DNA of 64,000 bases, taken from Daphnia carinata (lineage: Eukaryota). Position 1 is the stretch's first letter; each line of letters begins with the position of its first letter. Of the stretch, positions 51,301-61,280 are shown one piece after another. A program made the position numbers and the translations under genes. Below the pieces are notes generated by a model that saw nothing but the letters and a program-made list of their open reading frames with translations, did no database searches and was not told the origin of the DNA. Location: assembly GCF_022539665.2 (NCBI RefSeq), contig NC_081331.1:3038001-3102000 (forward strand), read 5' to 3'.

Positions 51301-54300
51301 CGGGCCGACTTGAGCACGAGAGCCACGTCGCGTGGCTGACTCATCTCCTCATCCGCCCCACCGGCCGCTAAGTGAATGTGTACGCTGTTGTTCTTATTCT
51401 TAGACTCGGGTTGGCCGTTGTCCAAATCTATCACGTGAACATCCCTGTCGTAGGAGGAAAAAAAGGCAAAAGAATAAATTAAGACTCACTACCTTCCTGA
51501 CGACTGCAACAACAACAACAACAACAAAGCAAAGTCATCACACACACACACACAAAAAAAAAGGAAGATGGAAATTCTACTTTAACGGGTCACCGTACTT
51601 TGGATAGCTGCCCGCTTGTTCCGTATGGAAACAGCCTTCCACCGATTGTGGCTCCATTCGACTTGCTTGCAAGACGGGACTGGCATTGGTCGTCTCATAG
51701 TCGCAGAGGGAGGCGTCAGATCCGGCGGCCAGAGTCAAGCGAAGTCGTAGTTGACTACCACCGGCATCCACTTGACTGAACGAGTGGAGAGCCTTGAAGC
51801 GGCGTTCGATGAAACGCAGCAGAGCATTCCGGCCCTCCTTGGGACGGTTGGTAACGCTTGCTTTCAATTCAGACAGGTCGAGCACGGAATTGCCCGTCAC
51901 CTGCGCATGGCAAAAACGAGAAGGTTACGAGTTGTTTACCGCAATGATTATGATTCATTCACAACTTACAATTATTGTGCTTTCTTGCGAGTTAGAATCA
52001 ACACTTCTACCGACGAGCCGAACCGTCCATTTCACAGTTGTGTCAGCATCGAGGATGAGAGCTAAGCGCGTATTGGCCGGCTTGTCCGTCCCATCCACCT
52101 CCAACAGAACCGAGTTTCCAGCATTCGTCAGTCGTATGAGGTGGACCTGTACAAGATAATTTTATTGTTCTAGCAATTTTTGAAATGTCACACTGAAATC
52201 TCGCTCTCATTTAAATTGTTTATCATCGTTGGTTTCAATAAAAAAAAAAAGGAGGAAAAAGGAGGGCGGGACGTATAGCATAGTGTCCCTGGTTGGCACT
52301 AGATGGCGTTGGTGGTATGTTTTGGTTCTTTACGATCTACCGCAGAAGATTATTACTATTTACACTCCTATTGATATCTTACCACTACTACGACTACTAC
52401 TACCGTTAACATTACAACCAAGTCCTGAAAACAAGAGAACGAAAAAAGAAAAAAAAAAAAGAAAAAAAAAATCTAATTACATTGATGCCCCGTACTCCCT
52501 CCTTTTTCCCCTCGCCGATTATAGTGTCTTTCTCAAACCGCATCATTACGGTAAAAGGTGACAAGTCCATATATTCCTATTTTCCAGGAATACTACGCAG
52601 TACTACCCCTACTATTACTACTACTACTGGCCAATCTCATTAATTTCCGAGCCATAGCAACATCATTGGGCTTCCTCTAACACACACACACACACACATT
52701 CCCAAACGAGATTTCGCCTGTCCTAAGACGTAATTATCGACAAACGACAGGTTTCCATGCCCCCCCTCTATCTACGTCTTTCGTTTTTACCGTGTGCGTC
52801 GAAACTGAAAAAAGAAAAAGCTGTTAAGAGAGGTTGCATTGTATATAACCAATACACAAAAGAAAAGGCAGCCCAAACCCTTTTTTTTTTTGTCGGCAAG
52901 ATGATGACAACTCTTTTGAAAAAAAAAAATTGAGGTGTTTTCAAAAGAATTTTTCTATGAAAGATCGGCGGCGAGGTTGTGTTAATCTGTTAACGTGAAG
53001 CCGGCGCACGTTCGTGGAACGAGTAAAAAAAAAATACAAACGAGCAGAGGCGCGACCTCCCAGAATTCAAACAGCTGACGCCATACGTACGAGCGCGACA
53101 CACGGCCCCGGAGTTGAGCAATCAAACAAACCAAGACATGGAGACAGACGTTTGTGTGTGTCACGTCTTATGGCAAGCATTCGAAATGAACGTCAACGAA
53201 AACAAACCAAAAACAAACCACTCATCCCCCCCCCCCACCATTTCTTAACCAACCAATTTACCGCTGTCTTACTTATAGAATTTTCTCGGAAAGATCCATT
53301 AAACCCAAAACCGAAGCGATTCACAAATGTTAGTAACGATAATAATGACTTCAAAACAAACACACAAAGCTTTCAATCAAACGTTGAGTTCCACGAATTT
53401 TCTATTTTATTATTATTTATTTTTATTTTTTTTTTACCTCGTGAGTGGTGACTATTCCCGACCGGTTCGAACAGCCTCGGGTCAGTACGGCCTCCTCAGC
53501 CTGGCGCCAGGCCTGAAAATGGCGGGTCATTAGAGGCGTTTGCACGACACACAAGTCCGGTCCAGCTCCTTTTTTTTATTTCAAAAATAAAAATAAAAAC
53601 ATTGCATTAGTTACTATTGTTCTCTTCTATTTCCTTCTACTTGTGGACGTTGATACAATCCAACAACATTAAAAAATGAACCACTTCAATTCAGTTATCA
53701 TCCAATAAAAGAGAGAAGAAGCGTGAGAAGAAAACCACACATTGACGAGGCCCATTCTCTTTCTAACACTACTGTAAATATCAAATAAGAAACTGAATTT
53801 TATTTTAACTAGATGTTGCGCTAGTTTCTTTCTTTTTTTCTTGTTGTCGTGGGCCCATTACAAACAAACAACACCAAACAGGGTAAACACACAGCCATGT
53901 GAGAACCAATGAAGAAGCGTCCATGGGCGGAAGACGAAAAAAAAAAAAAAGTTTGGGTTCTTTTTTTTTTAAGGAGGGAGTTGGATTCCTCCATGTTTAA
54001 TGACGACGAGTGTGTGCTGCGTGCAACGGTAATAACCATAATCATAGGTGGGTCCCGGTGTGCGGTGGATGAGGACCGACCGAGAAAAAAAAAATACACA
54101 CATACAACACATTTAATATAATAATGGTATTCATTTCAAACCGATGCGCGCTTACACACCAGAAATGGTAAATATCTGACAGCTTCCTACTTTCTTTTTT
54201 TTTTTTTTAGACATTTAAAACCTGCGCGCCCTTCTTCTTGGCGCTCGACTAGTAGGTTATCTAACCGCTTCCTGCTCCAAGAGAAAATAATAATGATTTA

Positions 54301-57300
54301 TATTTTTCAAGGGAAGGAAATGCAAATAAATCAACTGTCTTTCTCATTATACAATTTTTTGGAGGGGTAGTCCGAATTCGTATCTTTTGCTTAGAAAGAA
54401 AAAAAAATATGCGAGCACGATGCGCATACGATGAACCCACGTGAAATAGGTTTCCACGAAAAAATATCAACGCAGATCTGGTTTGGTTCGGGGAAAGAAA
54501 AAAAAAATGAACGTCTATGCAAGAAAAATGGGCAGAACGGTCGTATCATTAGCAATTCTCGTGTAACGAAATAATCACCAGATACCACAAAATCGAACCG
54601 GTTTCTCCTCCTTTATACGAGGAAAAACATTTCGTTGCTGCAAATGAATGTTAAAACTAAAACATTTCAACTGGGGTATTTAACATTTTTTTTGGCGGGC
54701 GCGTTTCAGATCGAATTTCAGCGGAATTGGCGAAAAAACATTTCGTCAATTGTTCTCGTTAAACATGTGAAATAATTAACGGTCGGTAAGTTTTCGCTTC
54801 GTCAAAAACAAATTGAAACATTGCGTCATACACGGAGAGTAGTGTGTGTGTGTGTTGGTGGTGGTTAACGGGACCCGCAGCGTGCCCCTCGGGCGTGAAT
54901 AGCCAAACAACATCTGCGTTACACTTTGGATTTTTTCTTGTTTTTTTTTTCTATTTTCGAAAAAAGGAAAAAAAAAATTTTATCGGGACAAAAAAATGGA
55001 GGAATTGAATCTGGCGCCAAGTCGTTTTGGTTTTCCCCCTTCAAAAGAAACAAAATAAAACGAGGGATCCATTTCCTCCCAACTGTTTTTCTCGATTTAA
55101 ACTGAAAATCCAATGGCCATTGACAGACGACGGTCCAGAGAAAAAGATAAGTGAAAAATTGGTGTGTGTGTGTGTGTGTGTACGTGGCGACCGGATGCGT
55201 CTACTATTACACATCGGTGGTGGTTCTTCCATCACTTCCGGGCGCCAGCTATTCGAGCGAAAACTACTCCTCCTTCAGTACCAAGAATTTTTTTTTTTTT
55301 TTTTAAATAAACGAAGACACTGGAGAAAGAGTTTTTCAGTGAATGGCAGCTCAAGCCGATGATTGGCGCAAACGAAAAAAGAAAATATTTTATTTTTCCT
55401 TCTTCTTCTTCTCCTTATCCGTCAAGAGTTGTAAATGCGGAACGTGGCCGTAGGCGCGTTCACACACATGATTCAATACGCTAAGCTCCTCCCATGCGAG
55501 CCGATTTCTCTCTTTCTCTATTGACGTCACGGCAAGGTCGCCATTCCCGCGACGCACTTGTCTCCATTTCTCTTCGTTCGATAGGCGCAATATTTTTTGT
55601 GGCCGAAATATTGATGTTCATCTGACGGTGGCTGAGTCAACTAGTTCTTTATTAACGTCCCCGGACTAGAATATCGGGGGGCTAAGATAGAACTGACCGC
55701 TGGTAGGCAGATTCCATTATTACGGTCAATCGATCCGCTCGGGAGTGGGCATGGCCAGCATTTCTCGTAATTTATCAATAGAAGGACACACACAAAAAGT
55801 AAAATGGACCGCATGTAATTCGACTATGCAATACGGCGGCCAACGGAATGCGATATCTTCTCCATTATTTTTTTCTTTGAATCTCGGGAGGTCATCTCAC
55901 AGCGAAATAGGACTTTTCCAAATCGGACCTTTAAACATTAACCGGTCGCAGAGTTTAAAAAATGACGGAGGGAAAATAACATAAGCGAAAAAAAAGGGAC
56001 GGACTCGTTCAACTCTTTCAGACTTGTCACTAATTTTTTTTTTGCTTTTATTTACTGCCAACGATATTCCCACCTTCTTTGGTATTCATTCAGTTCCCCC
56101 CGCTTATCGCTGTCATCTTTTCTTCTGTATTCATTCCATCATTTGATGAGTCACCCGAGTACATTTTTTAAAGAACAACACGCACCAACTTTCTGCTGTT
56201 GTTTTTATTCTTTTTTTTCTTAACAATTCTTTTTAATATTTGACGTTTGCAAAGAGCGCGCGCAACACGAAACGCATATTTTTTTTTTCGGCCATCAGAC
56301 ACGCAACGTAATTCGTTCGGACGTGAATGAAAAAAAAAAACAACTAGAATGCGCCCTCAAGCGTCAACAACAACAACAGTGGAGTAAATAGTTTTTTTTT
56401 TAATCCCTACAAGTCGTTCTTAAGCGCATTTTTCTTCCCCCGGCTTACGACCATTTCGAACAGCAGTCGGTGGCTACTACCGTCAAATAATAACATTCAC
56501 GTAGCGTTTCGCATCTTTGGAATTTCATTTGTGTGTGTGTGTGTGTGTGTGTGTTGCTATTATGCGCACAATAAGAAAATGAACACAAACATGGCCCGTG
56601 GGTGTTTGTTATAGAGCTTCTTTTACTTTCATTTTAAAAAATAATAATATCCCACCCAAACGACGTTGAAGTTTAAAGTAAACAGCAAAATGTGAAACAC
56701 ATTCAAAGAAAAAGAAACTGTTGTCTTTGAGAGAGAGAGAGAGGGGGGATCGACTTCTCAGTGCTTCATTCCTCCTTATTTGGCTTCCATGCGGATGTAG
56801 AAAGGCAACTGACGAAACCTTTCACAAAAACTTTAGCATCGAAAAGAAAATGTGGGTTACATTTTCTCTTTGTTTGGGGGTCCTTTCTTTTTGGCCCGTC
56901 CATCACATCCAACACCTTTTCGCCAATTTGAATAAAAAATTTTTTCACTCAAGCGAAACAAAAAAAAAAAATGACCTCGGAATCCGGAAGTTTTTTTCTT
57001 TATGACCCGGTCACGCCACAGATAAGCGTTTCCCTACTCATCGAAAAAAAAAATTACATTCGAATATGGCGGATGGAGCTGCTCGGTGGTCCGTGAACAA
57101 TTTTCGTTCGAATACAAACGTGTCAATTATTAAAACATCAAAGAAGGCGTCCCTTCAAAGACTACGCTCGTGAACTCCACCCTTTCCTTTTTTTTTTCAC
57201 GATGAATCAATGACGTCAACTAACCAGACCAATAACAAAACTGAATAAACACACGTGTTCGTTTCGTTCTCTGCCCTATCCATCAAGTAACGCTTCGTGA

Positions 57301-58271
57301 TGTACATACACCAAGTGAATCGGCTGTTTTTGTTTGTTGCCCCTGTTTTGTTTTGTCTTTCTAAATAAAACACATAAAGCTCAGTGCCAAAGTCCTGACG
57401 TCATGTAATGGGTCACGGGGGCGGCACTCAATCCTATCCCATTACCAAAAACGGATTAAATATCCATGCGACCCTCCTCGACAGATCAACAAAAAAATCT
57501 ATTTTTTCATACGATCTCTCTTTCAAAAAAAAAAAAAAATACATTATTGACAATTGGACTGGTCCGTACTGTTGGAATGACGCCATGCCCGCATCAGCTT
57601 TTGTTTTGTTTTCGAACAGACTGTTAAAATATACAAAAAGGGCTGATTCACTCAAATGGTCAAACATTTAAAAAATGCCTGGACCTTAACGCACCAGGTA
57701 AACGCAACCTGGGAAATGAAACCCGAAGAAAAACTTCTCGTGTAACTTCAAATATTTGCAGAAGCTATTGGCTTTCGTCGCTACGCCAAAACACAAAAAA
57801 AAATGCCTTATTTGAGCGTGTTTGTTGCTAACACATGAGTGTGCGACGCGCGGTCTCAACAAACAAAAGACACGGACATCAATCTCGATGTTTTCTCATT
57901 GAGAACAAACCGTAAAAGATGAATAAAAACAGCGACCCCCGTGTGTCATTTCAAAACACGGCGGTCAGTCAAGAAGAAAATTCACAATTCTGTAACATGG
58001 CAGATTTGGGACAGACGCGAAAAAAAAATGAATAAAAGGGGGTGGAGAGGGAGTGGCCGTAAAACACTTTGGAAGAAAAAAAAATGGACTCGTTTACGAT
58101 GTTTTTTTTTTTTAAGAAAAAAAAATATGAATAATAAAATTTGTTGTTTTTCTTACCGAAGGCATCGGTGCGGGCCACGGGACTGGCCGTGGATGTCGTC
58201 CAGCAACTCATCACGATGGCGGCAACCAACGCCAAAAGGCAACAGCGGCCAACTATGCGTGCCATCACCAT
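48015..58271 (-). CDS. TGFBR3: TGF-beta receptor type III (betaglycan)/endoglin-family ZP-domain type I membrane protein, 14 coding exons, 940 aa
   Basis: join(58157..58271,53438..53568,51970..52146,51599..51900,51026..51444,50486..50617,49969..50216,49701..49880,49459..49624,49209..49372,49020..49118,48801..48939,48511..48705,48015..48370) = 2823 nt. All introns are GT-AG with consistent phases and there is no internal stop. Architecture: signal peptide; two orphan repeats (GC...EVHLIRL / GC...DVHVIDL); ZP-N with 4 Cys; ZP-C with 6 Cys; TM GVSTEVTVGIALASFVIGVGLTAILWCIH, closely resembling the vertebrate betaglycan TM. Confidence 0.9.
48511..48705 (-). CDS. TGFBR3: TGFBR3-like exon 13, stalk and transmembrane helix
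   Basis: IGASGDVTTSPG...VGVSTEVTVGIALASFVIGVGLTAILWCIHMRT; TAG acceptor, GTACAC donor. Confidence 0.92.
48801..48939 (-). CDS. TGFBR3: TGFBR3-like exon 12, ZP-C end and external hydrophobic patch
   Basis: CIDPSQYCSGRHVLKPFLDESVSTAQQILVRGPLRMVAKATFAQQN; CAG acceptor, GTACGT donor. Confidence 0.9.
49020..49118 (-). CDS. TGFBR3: TGFBR3-like exon 11, ZP-C
   Basis: VSKDYADLGQLYIHCKLGLCSNQPSKVQGSLKM; LYIHCxxxLC ZP motif. Confidence 0.9.
49209..49372 (-). CDS. TGFBR3: TGFBR3-like exon 10, ZP-C
   Basis: SYIQIVTEKCWVSNSSDSEQPPRLILIRNTCPADLSVQV...FSFH; CW and LI.N.CP.D ZP-C motifs. Confidence 0.92.
49459..49624 (-). CDS. TGFBR3: TGFBR3-like exon 9, start of ZP-C
   Basis: DTDVDLPVGQTDLYHMEIHRNKEWT...VVFDETLHVRTWIDG; GTATGT donor. 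Confidence 0.88.
49701..49880 (-). CDS. TGFBR3: TGFBR3-like exon 8, ZP-N end with GAG site
   Basis: VHIQLRAVHPQQNDDEDFEGSGVDGYPSSAARQVTIPIQCHSEPNF...; phase 0-0. Confidence 0.9.
49969..50216 (-). CDS. TGFBR3: TGFBR3-like exon 7, ZP-N
   Basis: VRVQCGSNYLTASL...LNDRGCSGKRNASHWMVKTHVTSCGSTSRIDGKLTTYSNA; ZP-N Cys pattern and YxN motif. Confidence 0.92.
50486..50617 (-). CDS. TGFBR3: TGFBR3-like exon 6, linker
   Basis: VVKQQVENLNGAASHSSPSTEMALRSLGRSGGAGYSQQNTPNR; symmetric phase 1-1, AAG acceptor, GTATAA donor. Confidence 0.75.
51026..51444 (-). CDS. TGFBR3: TGFBR3-like exon 5, orphan repeat 2
   Basis: DVHVIDL...DVALVLKSARPVRWIV...SYVKPAPATNSVEIVIG; CAG acceptor, GTAAGA donor, phase 1. Confidence 0.9.
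51599..51900 (-). CDS. TGFBR3: TGFBR3-like exon 4
   Basis: VTGNSVLDLS...LCDYETTNASPVLQASRMEPQSVEGCFHTEQAGSYP; CAG acceptor, GTACGG donor, phase 2. Confidence 0.9.
51970..52146 (-). CDS. TGFBR3: TGFBR3-like exon 3, orphan repeat 1
   Basis: VHLIRLTNAGNSVLLEVDGTDKPANTRLALILDADTTVKWTVRLVGRSVDSNSQESTII; CAG acceptor, GTAAGT donor. Confidence 0.9.
52295..52310 (+). promoter_or_regulatory. CTCF-like motif
   Basis: GGCACTAGATGGCGTT resembles the CTCF core CCACTAGATGGCGC. Motif-only evidence. Confidence 0.35.
53438..53568 (-). CDS. TGFBR3: TGFBR3-like exon 2, start of the orphan region
   Basis: AGPDLCVVQTPLMTRHFQAWRQAEEAVLTRGCSNRSGIVTTHE; A-rich AAG acceptor with an upstream CTAAT branch-like motif; donor GAG|GTAAAA. 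Confidence 0.88.
56531..56554. repeat. (GT)12 microsatellite
   Basis: Read directly from the sequence. Confidence 0.9.
58157..58271 (-). CDS. TGFBR3: TGFBR3-like exon 1, signal peptide
   Basis: MVMARIVGRCCLLALVAAIVMSCWTTSTASPVARTDAF; donor G|GTAAGA, phase 1. Confidence 0.85.
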
Positions 58272-60838
58272 TTTCTTCTTCTTCTTCTTCTTCTTCGGTT
58301 TCTTTTCCTCAACCACCTTTTTGGTTCGTTTTGTTTGCCTTCTGCTTCACTGCAATCTCCAAGCGCGCAAACAAACCAGAGGGCGAAAAAAAAAAAAAAA
58401 CCTGTTGTACATGAAATGCAAAAAAAAAAAAAAAATATTTAAAAAAAGTTGAAGAAAAAAAGAAATGAGAATCCAATCTAAACAAAATAGAAAGGGGCAG
58501 CTGACGCCATGAAATGAAGAAGAAGAGAGAGAGTCCAGGTGAGAACTTGCTGGCATCCATCAAATGACGACAGGAAACGTTGGCCCCGATTGTTAGCCAA
58601 CAACAAACAACCTGTCGTGTTTGTAACAGACAACTCTTCTCTCGAGTGTGTAACCATTCGTAATCCATTCCTCTTACGAAAAAAAAAAAGATCCCCACTA
58701 GACAGGTACTCGACCAAAACTGCGTCGTACTATTAGGTCTAACCATCGAACCATCCACCTGTTATTTCATTTCGGGGAGGCTCATTAGTCGTCCATTTTT
58801 TTTTGTTTAATGGGCACATGTGTATCAAGTGACAAAGAAGGGGCTATATCTGATGGATAATTGGAAACAATTTCCCACGTCAAATAGGAAACATAAAACA
58901 TTTCTAGCGCATTTCATGTCCCGTTTTCTCTTATCAAATGCTCAATGAACGTGCCCATTCTATGTCAACTCACTTTTATGCCAATCAATGACAAACCCGC
59001 GACCTGCTATCTATCCATTATTAATCTCGATTGCTCCACAAGAATTACGCTAGGGTTTTCAGCCGTCGTAAAAATTTCTGAATGAAATTTCAAGTTTGTT
59101 TTTTTTTTACAAGCGGTATTACAGTAAATTGTGAATTTCAATGAAAAACTCATCGGTGGGAAACCGGACATCCTTCCCTCATTTTTCTTGTGGGTAAAAA
59201 AAATTTGTTGACGAGTCAATGTCAAACTCCTCTTTTTTTTCATTAAGTTGGTAATAAAGAAGAAGATTTCTTTTCTTTTAACACTCCGTTATTATTAACT
59301 GTGCGCTCTTTGATGAGAGGCGCCGGTGTGTGCGTCTGTGTGAAAATAAAATACACACACACAGACAAATTTGAGTCTTCAATTTAAAGAAAAAAGGGAT
59401 TAACCAACAGATGGCCGGCGGACTGGATTCCCGTTTTCGGACCGCACGAAAAAAAAGGGGGGGGGGGTTTAAATTCTACTAGAATTGCTGCATTCCCACC
59501 AGTAGAGAGGGCTCTTTAATGGATATCTTTTCAAGTTTGTTGATATGTGATTTTCACGCAAAAAAAATGACGTTCATTTCTATTGATTAACCTGGCAAGG
59601 TTTGTTTCCCCTGCAAGACTGAAAGGCAAGATAAAAGTGACAAGAATTCAAATTTTAAAAAAATGGATTCGACTAATCAGGATGCTCACTCCCCCGCCTT
59701 TAAATAATTTCATGATTTCATTTTTGCATTTGAAAAGCAATTCATTATTTTCGGGCTGCTTTGAAATAGAACTCCTCCCACTTCGTTCAAACTCATCTTC
59801 GATGCATTCCATGACCGACATTCATACGAGCTGATCACGTGACTGCCACATTTCTTCCCCCCCCCCCCCCCCAAATATGCATGTAGGGTATTTTTCTTTT
59901 CTGTTCTTATCAGTTGAAAATTTGTCAATGAAAGATAATCCCACTGGCTACTATAACGTACACTATCAACGATCACTTTTTTTGAGAGGGTTGGGGACCT
60001 CGATTGACGTCGATTGCCAAATGATTGAATCGGTTTCCACTGCGGTGTATGTAACAAGATGGCCACATATCCCCTCCCCACACCAAAAAAATAAAATAAA
60101 AATGTCTCGATTCAACAAACGCCGTAACGTGCGTCATTGCGGTTTCAATTCTTCTTCTCAAGGCTTAGATAGAGAATGTGATAAAGGCATATCTTCATTT
60201 ATGTGTATATAAAGAAAAGGAGAACCCATTCATCATCGTGGAGTTCTACAACCCAACACATGTAGTGAAAAAAAAAAAATAAGAAAAAAAAAATAAGAAC
60301 GAGACCACACACATTGTCCATGGGGCCAATTTCAAGCGGAAATTGCATCGAGAAAACGATTCAATTTTCTCGTCAGGTTCACACACACACACACAGTGGA
60401 TAGAGAAGAAGGAAAAGAAAAACAAATGAACAACACGTACCTTATTTTTCTTCTTTTGGCGGAAATTATCTAATTCTGTATCCTATGGTACGTTGGAATC
60501 CAAACGAGTGGACAATGGCGGATGAAACGTGCGGCCATAAAGCACCCATTTCTGGACGACTGAAAAAAAAAAAAGCAAAACAAAAAAGAAAACTGTTCGA
60601 AACACGAAACACTCTGTTGTAGAGGGGTTGTTGGGGGGGTTGGATGTACGCCACGGGCTCACTCACTACGTCGTTGTTGTCAAAAGAAAAATGGCGCGCG
60701 CGCGCGGATGCCAAACAACAAAACACCAACGTCAAGGCTTTCCCTCCTTTTTTTCTCTTTAATGTCTTGTCGATGAAAAAAAAAAAAGGAATTTCAGTGC
60801 CACAATAAACAAGGTGATGTGTTCTTTTCCTCACTCAC

Positions 60839-61100
60839 AACACTGTCGATCAAAGCCTGAAAATTCTGACGTCATCAACGACGCACACACGGGTTAGGCT
60901 TTGAAAAAAAAAGGACTCAGCAGTCTCACATGCACCCAAAAACAGCCGAGAGTTTCCTTCCCTGATGTTATTTTGGTTTGAATATTTCGAGAAAAGCGAG
61001 ATATTGGGTACGTGAACGTGATTAGCAGTGTACAAGTTGCACAATCATCTAAACACTCGAGAGAGAATGCACGAGAATGGCGAATCTGCATGTGAATGAC
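60839..61100 (-). promoter_or_regulatory. Candidate TSS and non-coding first exon of the TGFBR3-like gene
   Basis: Clustered Inr-like TCATTC/CCATTC/GCATTC near 61065-61098, a CCAAT box and a GA-rich tract upstream (about 61310-61350), and a GTGAGT donor near 60838. Motif-only evidence. Confidence 0.25.
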
Positions 61101-61263
61101 TTTCGAGTCAAACGAAAATGGGCCCCCACACACAAAAACGGAAGAGACGCGAAACGCACACAGCAACCAACTAAATGGGCGACGACTCTTTTCTCTGTTA
61201 TGGTGGAGGTGGAACTACATAGGCATCAGGCGAGAAGGCGAAAGAAGGCCAAGGCAACGATTG

Positions 61264-61280
61264 TGCTGACATCTAGTGGT
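61264..61280 (-). promoter_or_regulatory. CTCF-like motif
   Basis: Minus strand ACCACTAGATGTCAGCA resembles the CTCF consensus. Motif-only evidence. Confidence 0.35.

Noticed and set aside
48045..52159. Plus-strand ORFs overlapping the betaglycan-like exons (e.g. 49924-50316, 51045-51371, 51794-52159)
   Set aside because: Antisense shadows of GC-richer coding exons.
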